Source of the DNA: Penicillus capitatus
Lineage: Eukaryota > Plantae > Chlorophyta
Assembly: GCA_965649825.1 (NCBI GenBank)
Contig: OZ287698.1
Location: 1,379,949 to 1,443,948 of the forward strand
Length of the DNA: 64,000 nucleotides
Direction: 5' to 3'
Below, piece after piece: positions 22,224-35,299 of the stretch. The number at the start of each line of letters is the position of its first letter. The stretch's first letter is position 1. Under the pieces are notes generated by a model, which was given only the letters and a program-made list of their open reading frames with translations, ran no database searches and had not been told where the DNA came from. The position numbers were made by a program, and so were the translations under genes.

Positions 22224-23616
22224 ATGAATGAACACTTGCTCGTTTCATTCTCTTTCGCTTTTTTGTATCTCGGAATTCTGTGCTTTGCATTAGTCGGAGG
22301 CAAACAACGTCCGCGTAAGAACCGACACACAGAGAAGACCGTCGATACCACCCTCCCCCTGGATCGGGCACAGCACGATGTCCTTAAGGACTTGAAGCAA
22401 GATGCCCGTTGTCTGCTTGTCGAGTTCAGTCGGACGACAGTCGCTTGCAGAGCCCAAGTCAAAAACACGATGCCGTTAAACGTGAATAGGCCACATCGAC
22501 TTGAACTGGAGAACATCGTCGTGCACGATATCATCGGCCGTGGTCATTTCAAGACCGTCTATCGCGGAACGTGGCATTCGTATGCCGTCGCCATGTCGGT
22601 CATGAAGACAGGAGGAATACACACAGAGGCACGTTTGCAGCGACAGATTGCGTTGCATCCACATCTCTTGACGTGCTACGCGTAGGATCGATCTCTCGAC
22701 GCTTAACTATTGCTAAAGACTCTGTCTGCCGCCGATTGCGCGATCTAGGGTTCTGAAGGATGTCCTGGGTAACGAGATCGCGATTACGGAGCTGTTGCCC
22801 TTCGGCTCTCTTGAACGTATCATGAGAAGCCGTCGACGAATCTTGATGCGTGACAAGGTGCAGATTTGCATACAGATTTGTCAGGCCATGCAGCATCTAG
22901 CAGGTCACCAAATCGTCCATGGCGATGTCGCCTTGCGCAATATCCTCGTCCAATCTCTCGATCCTGTGATGGTCAAAGTAAACAGCAATGACACGCGTGC
23001 GATTCTGGATTCAGTTCGCCGATCAGGTGGCAGATTTCGGTTCGGCTAAGTGGTACTGGCAGGTTCGGCAGGGAACAACAGACTCGAGTCGTTCGCAACA
23101 GTATCAAGAACCGCTGCCCATTCGTTGGCTCCCTCCAGAAGTCTTGCAGCACCTAAAGTGGTCAGAGAAGTCAGACGTCTGGGCATTCGGTATTACGATG
23201 TGGGAGATCTTTGCCGATGGAAGGGAGCCCTATGCCGATGTGTGCATCTCGGATGCCGATGTCGTTGCTCATGTCATCGCCGCCGGCTTTCCTCGACAGC
23301 CAACGAGATGTCCAGAAAATATCTTTGCGATTATGAAGCGCTGCTGGAGGTCTGCCATTCGCACCCGTTCTATCTGTACCTCTCTCTTTTTAGGCTGTCT
23401 CCTGAAGATCGGCCAAACTTCGAGCAGCTGGACCATCTGTTGTGTACGATCAGGGTGCCGGATCAGGCAGAGGGTGCGTTCTTCTGCCGGCGTGGCAGAG
23501 GACGGTCAACAAAGATATCGCGATCGGGTCATTATGTAACTGCACAGGGAATCATTGAACGATTCCTTGAGAGCGAATCCAAACGAACCTTGATGCACTA
23601 TTCCTCGGGTCTTTGA
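22224..23616 (+). CDS. Tyrosine-kinase-like protein kinase with N-terminal TM segment
   Basis: GRGHFKTVY, HGDVALRNILV, VK|VADFG, LPIRWLPPEV, SEKSDVWAFGITMWE and CW|RLSPEDRPNF; three GT-AG introns. The 5' end may extend upstream. Confidence 0.88.
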
Positions 23617-24084
23617 AGCAACTCCTCAAGAACAGAGCATGATCCCCTTTCCACCTTTTTTCTTAATCTGTCATCCTTTTCTTCAAAACAGCTGTTTATC
23701 TGATAATTGGAATGGAACCATAAGTTTTTTGTCCCGAACAGATGCGCTTTTTTGAATGGAGTCTGATAGAAATCTGTATGTCAATAGCCAGTTATTCATC
23801 CAGCTGGTCGGTTTTGTTCTGAGGCTGGCTGATGTTAACGACCCTGGTGTTTTCTTGTGCTTATCTGCTGTTAAGGAATTGTGTGATGCGTCCTCAGATG
23901 GGTGCAGAGGAAGTCCTGAATAGACACTGTCGAGATAGTGAAATCGCAACTGCCAATAGACCTTTCGACAAAAGAACGAAATGAGAAAGCAAAACCAATA
24001 ATCGAGGGTCTGAACGCGGCAGATCGACAAACGACAGGGCAGATGCCCACGCGTGTTCACATGAATCCAGTGACAGTGACAACC

Positions 24085-24108
24085 GAACGAACGAACGAAC
24101 GAACGAAC
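24085..24108. repeat. (GAAC)6 microsatellite
   Basis: Six perfect GAAC units read directly from the sequence. Confidence 0.95.
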
Positions 24109-24190
24109 AAACCTGCATCGTTACAGGTCACACTATTTACACTAGTAGCAGAAGAATGTACCAATGTGTCGTGTCACTGCTAAGTGCTTT

Positions 24191-24680
24191 CTATTGCATC
24201 TTCACATCTAATCCTCTCTGCTGAGCTTCAATCGAATGCAGATTCAATGCTTGCCATCCATGAAATTTTCCCGATTGCCGAACGAAACGATCTCCGGTGA
24301 GTGTTTTCTCAGACATCGGTTTCGACGGATTCGGATCTTCTCGCGTGGATCGCGATTTCGGATCGTCGTGTGCAGAATTCAGATCCAGATTCGGCAAACA
24401 CTTGGCTGGGTCATCCCGAATTCGAACATGACGTGACAGATCCAGAGGCTACACCCGCTGCTGTGTGTACTCCTTCTCCACTTCTCCCAATCTTGCATTC
24501 CAAGCATCATCAACTTTCTCCTCCTCGTCTCTCTTCATCTCTTTGCAACGCCGTCCGACCTCTTCTCTATCTGCTCTCCCTTTTCGCATGTTCTCAAGGC
24601 GTTCGTGTTTTCGATGACTTTTTCAAAAGTGGATGTCGGCCATTCCATCGATCACTTTTTGCATCCATCTGCTTCTCTTC
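24191..24680 (-). CDS. Tentative charged (K/E/R-rich) protein, multi-exon
   Basis: One frame carries EHAKRRADREEVGRRCKEMKRDEEEKVDDAW... and PNLDLNSAHDD...; candidate 63 and 54 nt GT-AG introns remove the intervening stops. No homology. Confidence 0.3.
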
Positions 24681-24707
24681 AATTCTTGCGTCCTCTCGTC
24701 TGGCGCA

Positions 24708-25459
24708 ATGTCATGTGACGATGATGGCTCAACGAGGCAGACGAAGACTCCAGCTATCCAACAAGCTTCAAGTCGGGATTGGAGCTTCAATCCGGGCAGT
24801 ATGTCACCCAGCAACCAAAAGGATTGGAAGCAGCTCTATAGTATGTGCGGAGGCCTGGTATAGGTCTCCACTGCCGCTGACCACTTTGGCCCCGCTAGAG
24901 AAAGTAGCTCGACCGGCAGGCTTTTCGATCGCCAGTGGCCTTCTCACCACCTCGTACTCCGCAACATATGCGCTGGCAGAAATCTTACCATCTCCTCTTC
25001 TCGCGGGTTGTGTCGAAAATGGCGTGGCGGCGCGTAGCCGTGATGCTTATCGATCGCTGCCGTCGGATTGAACCATACACTGAGTTTTTGGTTACGCCTT
25101 ACTCAAATGTTGTTATCAAGGTCTATGTTCTCGGCGACAGCCTCCCGTTGTCACATGTTCAGCTCAGACTAGGCTGCTTCGAAGGAAGTTCTTCATAACA
25201 CGCCTCCATCCAGCCAATTCCAAGTGCACACCATCATCATTTCCTTCATGTCACTTCAAAGTCATCGCGACGTTAGGTGCTCTTGTTTCTGCTCGGTGTA
25301 GATCCGTTCATCGAGATAACCACTGGCGAATCCAGTCTTGCTCTACGAGAGAAGTCTTTGAAATGGCCAGGATATCTGTTTAAGGGTGGGCATCTTATTG
25401 CCGTAACAAATCAGGAATCATACAAACAGTTTTTGTCACATCTTAACTATGGCAACTGA
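24708..25459 (+). CDS. Four-exon gene of unknown function, about 200 aa, not visible as a single ORF
   Basis: Three phase-0 GT-AG introns (50, 52, 53 nt) join the ORF-track pieces: ...YSMCGGL|LDRQAF...YSNVVIK|AASKEV...SSQFQ|VLLFLLGVDPF...HLNYGN*. Confidence 0.6.
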
Positions 25460-25466
25460 ACTGCCT

Positions 25467-28400
25467 TTAGAGATAGAGACTGGTCTTCGATTCACTCATT
25501 CCGTTCTCGAAATTGTTTTTGTGATCTGAGTCCCGCCTTTCTCCATAGACACCTAAACAGAACGTCTTCTTGCTCAAGGCAACTGTCAAAACACAGACAT
25601 AGAGAAGACGATGGCAGGCTCTGTGAAATAGAGGATTGTGCGAAATGCAGATCACTTGATAGCCGTCACCACAGAGTCCCTATTGAGTGATTCTTTCGTT
25701 GACTGCGACACGGCAGTGCGTACCTTGAGCAATTCCCCTGTCTTCTCCTGATTCTTGATGTCTAGAAAAGCATCCACTTCATCTAAGAAGAGCGTCTTGG
25801 CGTAGCCACCCACAGATGCAGCCTACACAGCAGCTTTGTGAAAGAGATGTCTTCCGCAGAGGAGGAGGGACAGAGATGAAGAGAATGAGGGAGATCAGTG
25901 TTCGCTGTCCTCCCGAAAGTTGCAGCAGTGAGCTTTTCTTCTCGGGCGGATCAAACTGGTGCGAAAAGCAGAAACGGACACCCTTTGCGAGATCTCCATC
26001 GACAGCTGGCTCCAGCCATATACGCTGCAACCATCTAACCAACAAAACGTTGAAATCTAAAAGGGGTACCATGTGTGGCAGGAGTTCAGCAGAGCGCTCT
26101 CTGACGGAGCTGCAGATGTTCTCAAAGGTCTCTTGGTGTTTTTGAGCTGCCTTCAAGACACAGGACTCACCCGGGACATGGTGACAAAGCGTATCCATAC
26201 GGACTGCTCTTGTGCTTCGCCTTTGTGCTCGAGCACACACAGAAGCTTCTGCCATTCATTCACTTTCTGATGGAGTGCATTCACGTGATCTCTCAGGGAT
26301 AGATAATTCGACTAAAGACAGGCAGGTATCATCAGCACCTGATACACATCCAAAACAGCACTTGCCATGCGAGCACGTTGTTGTTTGTCTGGCTCAACTG
26401 CCTGCATTTCGAGGTGCAGAACTGACAATTGATCCTTCAGGGTGTTCAACTCGCGAAAAGAGTGAGACACGTCACATCGCTTTTCCGTCATTTCAACATC
26501 TTGCTGTGTTCTTAACGCATAACTGCCTTCAAAGAGAGCTGAATCCATGGACCGGATGCACCGCACGATGCCCTCGAGTTCCTCCAGTTGAGACTGGATC
26601 AGGTCCTCCTCTCGACAGAGGACATCCAACTGGTTCCCTTGCCTCTGCAAAACACTCTGCCAGGAGTCGTCATTCCTTTCTATTCTGAAAAGACAAAGCG
26701 TCACCTGAAGGTCGTGTTCCTGTCTGATAAGATCCTCTCTGGTCAATCGTGCATCGCGGGGGGAAGAGTTGAATTGATCGGCCTCTTTTATGATGGTGCC
26801 TGCGAGTTCTTGCTGTCGTTGAAAAAGAATGTCCTCCAGTCGTTTCTTCTCTGTTAAGAGCTGCGTCTTCTCACACTTTCTTGTCTCTTGTCGCTCCACC
26901 TGCCATCGCATCTGCTTCAATTCTTGCTCAACCGTAGCGACTTCGTTCTTGCATCCATCCTACAACAGAGCTCCAGAAATTCCGGCATAACAAAGGCGAT
27001 GAGAGACCAGGCGCCGTAGACTTGTATCCATGTCATTCACTAAGCTATGGATCGCGCGTTTTGGGTCTTTTTCAAACAGTGGTTTTTGCTGTTTGTATTG
27101 CTCTATTTCCCCTTCTGCACGCTCTATACGTTTCGTTATCTGCCCGACCTCTGCCTCGATCGTAGCTGCCTTGGAAAGAGCCTGGGCGAAGACTCCTTAA
27201 GCCAAACCATCCACTTCCTGAACCTTTACCTCTGCGATCTTCTTCTGTTCATTGGCGAGCTGTTTCAGCTTCTCGATCTCTGTCTGCAGTTGGTTCTTCT
27301 CGGCATTCATTGTCTTGAGAGATAGAGATAGACGCTTCGTCATGACTTGTGCTCGATCCATGCGAAATTTGAGTTTGATAGGTGTATCTGCCATTGCATG
27401 CGTTGTCGGCATCCATCCTCCTGTCATCGATCCCTTCCGTCGTATCACTCCGTGCATCGTCACACATGTCACATCAGGAGCAATGCTCAGTAGTCTTGTG
27501 GCGATATCATCATCTCGCACGATCATTTGATTGCCAACACATTTGGCCATGGCACACTGCAGTCGGTTATCGTAGTCGAAAAACGAGAGGGGCAAAATCA
27601 GCTCATCTGACGCAGCACATCTGTTCAGTGACTGTCGAAATCGATCGACCAATACAAACCTTGGGAGAACTCTGATCTGCAGCTAGAAATGAGGGAAGAT
27701 GCATTTTGTACACGAAGATCGTTCAGTACCCAGATCTTCGTTTGAGAACGGCATTCCTCTTTGTCCTGCTGTATGGCACGCTGAACAACATCTCTGGCCT
27801 GATCCAATGACTCAACCGTCCATACCCCGATACGCATGCCTAGACCATCACCGTCAGCATTCTTCGGTTTCGTGCGTTAGCATTCATCACGTGCCCATAA
27901 TCAAGTGCAGTGCTGTCAAGAACTCTTCAATGGATGAGATGTCACTCTTGAAAGAGAATTGATAGTACAGTGGAACGATTCCCTCTCTTTTCGATCCGAA
28001 GAGCTTTTCCAGTGATGTCTTATCGGATTGGTAGATTCTCTGATGGTGCTGGAGCTCTTCTTGCAACAAAAGGCTCCTTTGCTCCAAACCTTCTAGCTTC
28101 TCATCCCACGCAGCAAGTCGCGCCTCCACAGACAGACCACTCTTCACTTTCAGCTCACATTCGATGGCATGCCATCTGCAGCAGTTATATGATGTCAGCG
28201 ATCTCAGTGTTGATGCATCAGATCTATACTTTTCGCGGAGTGCTTCTGGAGACGAAGATGCGAGCAGTTCCTGTAACGCGGTCTTCTTTTTCGACAGGGA
28301 CTCTAACTCCTTTTCCAGCCCCTCCATTTCCTGTAAGTATGTTGTCATGCTGTCTTCAGGATCTGCAGTAAAATGCGATTCGAGATGACAGCAAGGCAAA

Positions 28401-29795
28401 AATGCAGAACTCGAGTTCTCGATTTCTGTCTTGAATTTCGACAGTCGCAGCAGACATGCTTCTTCTCTTCGCTGTCTCTCCATAAGGGTCGCCAGTTTAT
28501 TCTCCAATCCTCTCATGAGATGCTCATCAACTGCATCCTTGTCTAACTCCTCAATGCTCTTGCAGTACTTAACCAACTGTTTTATGATGTGTATTTGAAA
28601 AGCAGGTGATTCATCAGTATGTGCGTACCTGCTCCTCTGCCATTCCTATCTGTAAGCGAATCGTTTTTGAATCCTTCACAGCCATTTGCTGTACACGATG
28701 TCCCCCGTCATCACACTTTCTCTTCTTCTCTCGAACTTCTTCCAACTCTGTCTTTAAACTATCGATCTTCTTCTGTAAGACAGACAAGGCCGTTCGATTC
28801 CTTCTCGTTGTGTTTGTGATCCGGACTTCGCATTGAGCCGTTCTTTGTCGCAGATCTTCACGCTGGCTGCTTAATACAGATGCCATAGTCGTTGACTGAT
28901 CGATAAAACGACGTCCCTGCAAGTGATAACGCGATTGTGTTTCTTCGAAGCGTCGCCGATCTTCAAATGCCGCTTCGCATTTCTTCACTTCCACCTCCTG
29001 CGACGAAGATGCAGTCAAGATCAAAAGTGCCGCAGAGATATATATCGTAACGAGATGCCGCAGCTGGATGCGAATGGACCGTAGCATTTGGCGTCCATCA
29101 CGGATCTCGCCATCCAGCATCTTCTTCGTCGTGCGCCACCTGTTCGACACTGTGTCTCCTTCGGCGATACCGACGTCGCATCTTACCGATCAAAACCGCT
29201 CGCCATCTCGATCACAGCGCCTATTGCCTGGGCATCTTTGGTAAAAAACGATAGAAAATGCGATTCCTGAAGACAGGGGCGTACTGTTCTGATCGACGAT
29301 CTGTGTGACGCGCGACTGTTGCAGAATGGAGAGGTGATTGGACAGCAGGAGTCCATTGCCACGCAGGAACGTCTAGAGATATGAAGATAAGAACTGATCG
29401 AAATAGGGAGACGGGTCCAACTTTGATCTGCTTCGCCGTCTTGCGCTTTCGATTGAGCTGATACAGTCGATGGTGTTCATGACTCAACTCCACGCGAAGC
29501 GCGTCGCCGTTTGAGAAATGGACTGTCACAACGCATCGCTACAGAAGTGTGACATGTCACACAAACGCGTATGTGCGTTCATCACCTGCTGATGTGTCAC
29601 GTTCTTGAGATCGGAGAGAACGTTGACGCGCAGAGGAGTGGTTGGCGACAGGGCAAAACACAAAGCATCGAGGATATTGCTCTTTCCGCTGCCATTTTGC
29701 CCGACGATTCCCAACAGATCCGATTCTTTGAGTTCCAACCGCAATGGCTCACAAATGGATTTGAAACCTTGAATCTCGACCGAGGCGATCCACAT
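25467..29795 (-). CDS. Full-length, divergent SMC-family ATPase (SMC2-like)
   Basis: Walker A [9 protein letters not shown], Q-loop ILQQSRVTQ, coiled coils, hinge (VTCVTMHG...GSMTGG), signature LSGGQRTL, Walker B/D-loop LDEVDAFLD and H-loop VICISHN; many short introns. Confidence 0.9.
29547..29562. repeat. Perfect 16-bp palindrome GTGTGACATGTCACAC in SMC-like intron 1
   Basis: Read directly; lies inside a 47-nt intron. Confidence 0.85.
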
Positions 29796-30102
29796 CGAAA
29801 CGCAGCCACAATAATCACGAGATGCCTTCCAACGTCATCCGAATCGCAAATGTCGAACCTGTCACATCACGAACGCATGGGTGTTGCTCTAAGTAGAAGA
29901 GGCCGCCAAAACGATGATCGAGCCTAGCGCCAGAGTTCAATGCCGCGTTGCTGCGTCATTAGATTGACGATCGAGGAGTTCGGGAGCGATGGTGGCCGTG
30001 AGGGTTATCCGTACCGATGTGGCATGACGTCAACATCGTGTCTTAGCCGACTCGACAGGTCGAAAAGCTGTATCACGTCGCGGCTTTATTAGAAAGAGCA
30101 TC

Positions 30103-32333
30103 ATGATGCGAAGTTTTGCCGATTCGCGTACTGCCATTCTACAAGAAGAGAGCACACGTGCGGTGCTCAGAGCGCATGTCGAGCCGACGGACGACATCGT
30201 CGCAGAACGACGTCGGGCGACATTCGATGCCGACGGCCTAAAATATTATCTCTGCGGCGGAAAGAAAAACTACGAGAAGAAGTGAGCAGTGTCGGCATTC
30301 TGGGATCAGAACGAAAGGGCGTTGCTTCAGAGTGCAATTCAGCGACCTTATTTCGAGAACGGATTGGGGAGACAAATCTCAACGGTACTTCGTATCGAGG
30401 GAAGAAGAATACGTTCGAGCCCTTCAAGCTGCCATCGGAATATGGTAATAGCGTCGATCCGTCGAGATCTCGAACACGAGGCCGTCGTGTGAGCATCAGG
30501 GATTTTATGCAGAAGAATGGACTGAGTCTTAAGGACGCGGCGATGGTGCGCAGACTTGTCGACACTCCCGGAGGCCTCGAGCTGCACATTGGCGTACACA
30601 GCATTCCAGAAGAGTGAGGTGCCAATCGTGTGCTGTAGATGTTCATTCCTGCATTGCTGAGTCAAGCGTCGCCGGAGCAGCAGGCGAAGTGGTTGACCAT
30701 GGCACAAGATTTGAGCATCATCGGTACCTACGCCCAGACAGAGCTCGGTCATGGGACGTTTGTCCGTGGCCTTCAGACGACGGCCACTTACGATGCGGAG
30801 ACAGACGAGTTCATTATCCACACGCCGACAGAGACGGCCACAAAATGGTGGCCAGGTGGATTAGGCAAGACAGCCACGCATGTGGTCTTGATGGCACGGT
30901 TGTTCATCGGAGGGTGTGACTACGGCCCCCATGCCTTCATCGTCCAAGTGCGTTCTCTCGAGACCCACAAACCGTTGCCTGGTATCCGTGTCGGCGATAT
31001 CGGGCCCAAATTTGGCTACAATGGTGTGGACAACGGTTTCTTGAGTTTTGATCACGTCCGTATTGGACGCGACCAGATGCTCATGCGTTTTGCCAAAGTG
31101 ACCAGCAAAGGAGAATATATCAAGCCACCACCTTCCAACACCAAAGCCTCCTATGCCACCATGATCTACGTGCGATCGACTCTGGTGAACGATGCTGCAC
31201 GCGCTCTAGCCAAAGCGGTAACCATCTCAGTGCGATACTGTTGCGTCCGGCGTCAGAGTGCCGTGCAACCTGGGATGAAAGAGACGCAGCTCATGGACTA
31301 TCAGAACGTCGGATCGACTCTGATCCCACTCGTGGCCGCGGCATACGCTCTGCACTTCGCCGCCATCCGAATCATGCACCTATACCGAGAGTTCGAAAAG
31401 AACCGCGATCGTGGCGATTTCCGTCTTCTGCCTGAGCTTCATGCGCTTTCTTCGGGACTGAAGGCGATCTGCAGCTGGGAAACGGTTGAAGGCATCGAAC
31501 GATGTCGGTTTTGTTGCGGCGGCCATGGCTACAGTCGTCTATCTGGGTTGCCGGATATCTATGCCTCTTATGTACAGAATCCGACATGGGAAGGAGACAA
31601 CGACGTTCTGTGTCTCCAACTGGGTCGCTACTTGCTCAAGGCCATGACCAGTCTGCCAGGAAAGAAGATCGAAGGAAGCGCACACTATTTGCAGGCTTTT
31701 GCAGAGGGACGACTGCCACAGGCGTGTCGAGTGAAGTGTCCAAACGACTGGCTGTCGGACGATATCTGCCAGGAAGCTTTTCAGTTCCGATCGGTCTATC
31801 TCTGTCGCATGGCTGAGCGCGATATCCGTTCCAAAGCGGCAGGCGATCTCGTGTTCGATGGCGTTGCGTGGAACAATAGCACCGTCTCTGTGATCAAAGG
31901 CGCCATTGCCCATGGCTGGTGCGTTGTCCTCGATACATTTCTGCAATCTTTAGCAGAGATCCAGACCCATTCCTGGCTGCCCCCTTCGACAATGGCTGTC
32001 CTGCATCGATGCCTGTCGCTCTTCTCTCTGTCCAAGATCGAAAAGCATGTTGCCGATCTGCTGGAGTCCGGTTTCGTGACAGCCGATCACATTCAGATGC
32101 TCAGGATTCAGAAGGATGCCCTCGTTACAGAACTCAGACCCAATGCCGTGGCACTGGTCGACAGTTTTGGCTATCTGGATTACGAACTCAACAGTGCATT
32201 GGGCCGCTACGACGGCGACGTTTACAAAGGACTGCTCGAAATGGCCCAGGCCTCTCCACTCAACCAGACAGAAGAAGGTCCCGCATGGAAGCCCGTTTTG
32301 GAACCGCGTATGAGAGCAGCTTCTAAATTATAA
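30103..32333 (+). CDS. ACX1: Peroxisomal acyl-CoA oxidase 1
   Basis: Motifs LELHIG|MFIP, YAQTELGHG, KWWPGGLG, GVDNG, CGGHGY and TWEGDNDVL, with C-terminal PTS1 SKL; three introns in the 5' part. Confidence 0.96.
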
Positions 32334-32429
32334 ACGGCTTAAACCTTGACGTTTGTTCGACATAAAGACGACAATGACAACAAGACTTTATAAAGTTTGT
32401 TCACAAACACCCCACCCCACGCACGTCTT

Positions 32430-34598
32430 TTATTCAAACGTAAAGTTCATCTGAACAGTCCGATCTACGACATCCAGGAAGACACGGATTTTTGGAAGCT
32501 GGGTTTCTGGAGAGGGTTTGCTTGAAATGCCACGATCGATCGATACGCAATGATAGATTTCTTGCGGAGGAGTGTTCTCCTCTCTTGCAGCCTGTGAACC
32601 GTCTTCCCTGTTCTCGTGGATGTTTGGCCGATTCTCCACTTCTGTCGCGTGAAACGTGCGATCTGCTGCGAGCGCCTCTCCCTTCGGTAAGGACAATGGA
32701 CCGTCGCCTGGAGTTGGAACTGTTGATTGCGATACGGCATTGGACACGTCATCCATTTTCCCTCCCTCTGCATATCGGGTAATGAGGGGTGGATGCTGCT
32801 GATCGTAGAGACCCCGTGGAACAGACTCTTCTGCCGAAATGATTTCAAACTCCTCGGCGTTTACATCAGCAAAGGGATCATGTTTGACCCTTCGCCTGAT
32901 GCCGGCAACCAAAGACTCGCAACGCAGAACGAGCTCCTTGTAGCTGTTCAAGAGATAGGAGATATCTCTAAACGAGAGATCCTGAAAGGACGAACAGAGG
33001 AATGGGTATTTTGAGAGCAGTGCTCCTTGCGATGGCCACGTTGAACGCCATTGAGCTTTGATGTCGTACTCCGTCATCAATCGCAGCACCGTTGTCGTGT
33101 CGTTTTGCTCCACGGCTTCCAACAGGACTTCGTAAGACAGTGCCACACCCTTGTACTCTGCGAGGAGCTGATCCACTGACTCCACTTTCAGGTCCACGAT
33201 GCGTAAGGACAGGAAGGGATGGCGCGATGCCAGATCGCCAGTAGCCGCCAATTGATTGACAATGGGATGCCCTTCCTTCTCCAACTGTTCCGTCCCCGTC
33301 AGTCCTGTCCAGTTGATATTCCGAGCAGAGATCTGTTCGTCTGCCACAGACTTCAAATCGTCCGTGCTGCTTTCTCCGCACCAATCGCCGTCCGCCTGTC
33401 GCTGTCATCCTTCACCTGGACTGCCGGACATGCGTCGTTGTTACCTGGCTTGTCTCGGAGACATTTCCAGTGGAGATATACGAGAGCGATTTCGGCAGGG
33501 ATGGTTCATCGATGCTCGGTTGATGGAGAGCTTCTTCATACTGCTTCCAGCTAATGAGTCCCTGCTGCAAGAAACTGGAAAGAAACTCCTGACGACCACC
33601 TGTAAAGGATTCGGCATCTGCCGATTCAATAAAATACGCCGCCGCACACTACACAACACCGTCTCACGCATGTGCTGTCACATCACTCTTACCAATTGCG
33701 TAAAGTAATAATCTGAGTGGGAGACCAATCTGGATTTCTTCCTGAAGCGACGGATGTATTCAATATTCGAAATTAAATGAATGGGCTGTGTCTTGATAAC
33801 GACATAAGTTAACACGGGCATAAAAACATCAGCACCTGATTCCTGTCCTCTGCTATGAAGCACATCCAAAATCACATCACAACAGTTCAGCACGCTGCCG
33901 AGCTTGTCTCTTGGTGCCTGATCCACCCACAGACATTCCGTCACATCACTTTTGAATGATGATAATGATGTGACAGGTGCACTTTGAAGGCATTGATCTT
34001 CTGTAGCTCCCGCATGGCCGAAATCAGCCCTTCGTCGGATATGACATCGGATGGGATATCCAGATGGGCCGGTGTCACAAACTGCAGAGCAAAGAGTCGC
34101 GAAGAGATCAATGCATCACGTTCCTGATCCTCTCGATAACGACCAAAGGTCCGCTTGTAAAGCTTTGTGAGAGAGTAGAGCTCGACTCCCTGTATCCCAT
34201 CCCTTCCTTCTCTCATCGTGCCTCTCGTGTCTTACCTCCAACCACACCAGCTTATCCGTATGCGATAGACTCGCCCACATTCGATGCCGTAACATGTTCT
34301 CTTCCATGCGCGTCAGAAAATTCTGACAGTCCTTGAGCTCAGGGGAGAAATGCAAGTGAAGGAGGATACATACTTGCACGAGACGTGTGTCTTTCAGAGC
34401 GTCCGGTTTTCGCACCACCTCCATTTCTTGCGTAAACCTGTACGGCAGTGGTGGATGCTTGCTTGCATGCGTTGCGAGAGAACGAAACCTGTTAATTTTC
34501 CGAACAAGATCGCGTGCTGCATCGACGCGCATGAGTTCCATGAAACGCGTCAGAGAGATGGGCACGCGGGATTGGCCAAACAAATCTGTCTGCGACAT
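32430..34598 (-). CDS. VPS9: VPS9-domain Rab5 GEF (VPS9a-like)
   Basis: Motifs ELQKINAFK|APRDKL, GADVFMPVLTYVVIK, SNIEYIRRFR and YYFTQL, followed by a long C-terminal region. Confidence 0.92.
33940..33974. repeat. Intronic hairpin GTCACATCA...TGATGTGAC (VPS9 intron)
   Basis: 9-bp inverted repeat inside a 65-nt intron (AFK|APRD). Confidence 0.85.
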
Positions 34599-34655
34599 CG
34601 ATGCCGAGAGAAACAAAAATGCGTTTCACGAAGATGACGCTTGATTTTAAGCGAG

Positions 34656-35277
34656 ATGGTTGCGATCCGAACACCGAACCCTCACATCGCCAAGACGCTG
34701 CGCGGCGTCGATCTCCGCGGCATCCGTATCCGACTCATCGATGCCAAGGACCAAGTGACAGACACCGCATACGATCGCATGTCTGCCCGCAAGTGTCTGT
34801 AGATTGTCGGCCATCTGGCTGCACAACTGGCAGTGATTCTGCAAGGCAAGGACAAGCCGACGTACGAGCCGGGTCGAGACAGGGGCGACGTCTGTGTCGT
34901 CATTAACGCAGCAAAAGTCACATTCACTGGTAGCAAATGGAATGAGAAGCTCTATCGATGGCATACAGGTATGACATCTCGACAGAACATCGAGAATCGC
35001 TCGCCTGAATGTGTGACTAGGCTATCCTGGGGGTCTGAGAGAGAGGACAGCCAAGGTTGCCTTTGCCAAGAGACCGGAGGACATTCTGTGGAGAGCCATC
35101 AGCGGAATGCTGCCCAAGAATCAAACGCGGGAAGCGCGCTTGCGTAAGTTGCTGCTGTTTAAGGAAGAGTTCCATCCGCTCCGAGATGTGGACATGGTAA
35201 AATGGGAGATGCCAAAACGCAAAGTCAGAACAACGATCCAACGTCCAGCGAAAAGAGCTCCCCCTGTAAAAGGATAG
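34656..35277 (+). CDS. uL13m: Mitochondrial ribosomal protein uL13m
   Basis: Motifs LIDAKDQ|IVGHLAAQLAVILQGKDKPTY, GDVCVVINA, YRWHTG|YPGGL and GMLPKN; introns of 48 and 52 nt. Confidence 0.95.
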
Positions 35278-35299
35278 TTTTCTATTGTCTTAACAACAA

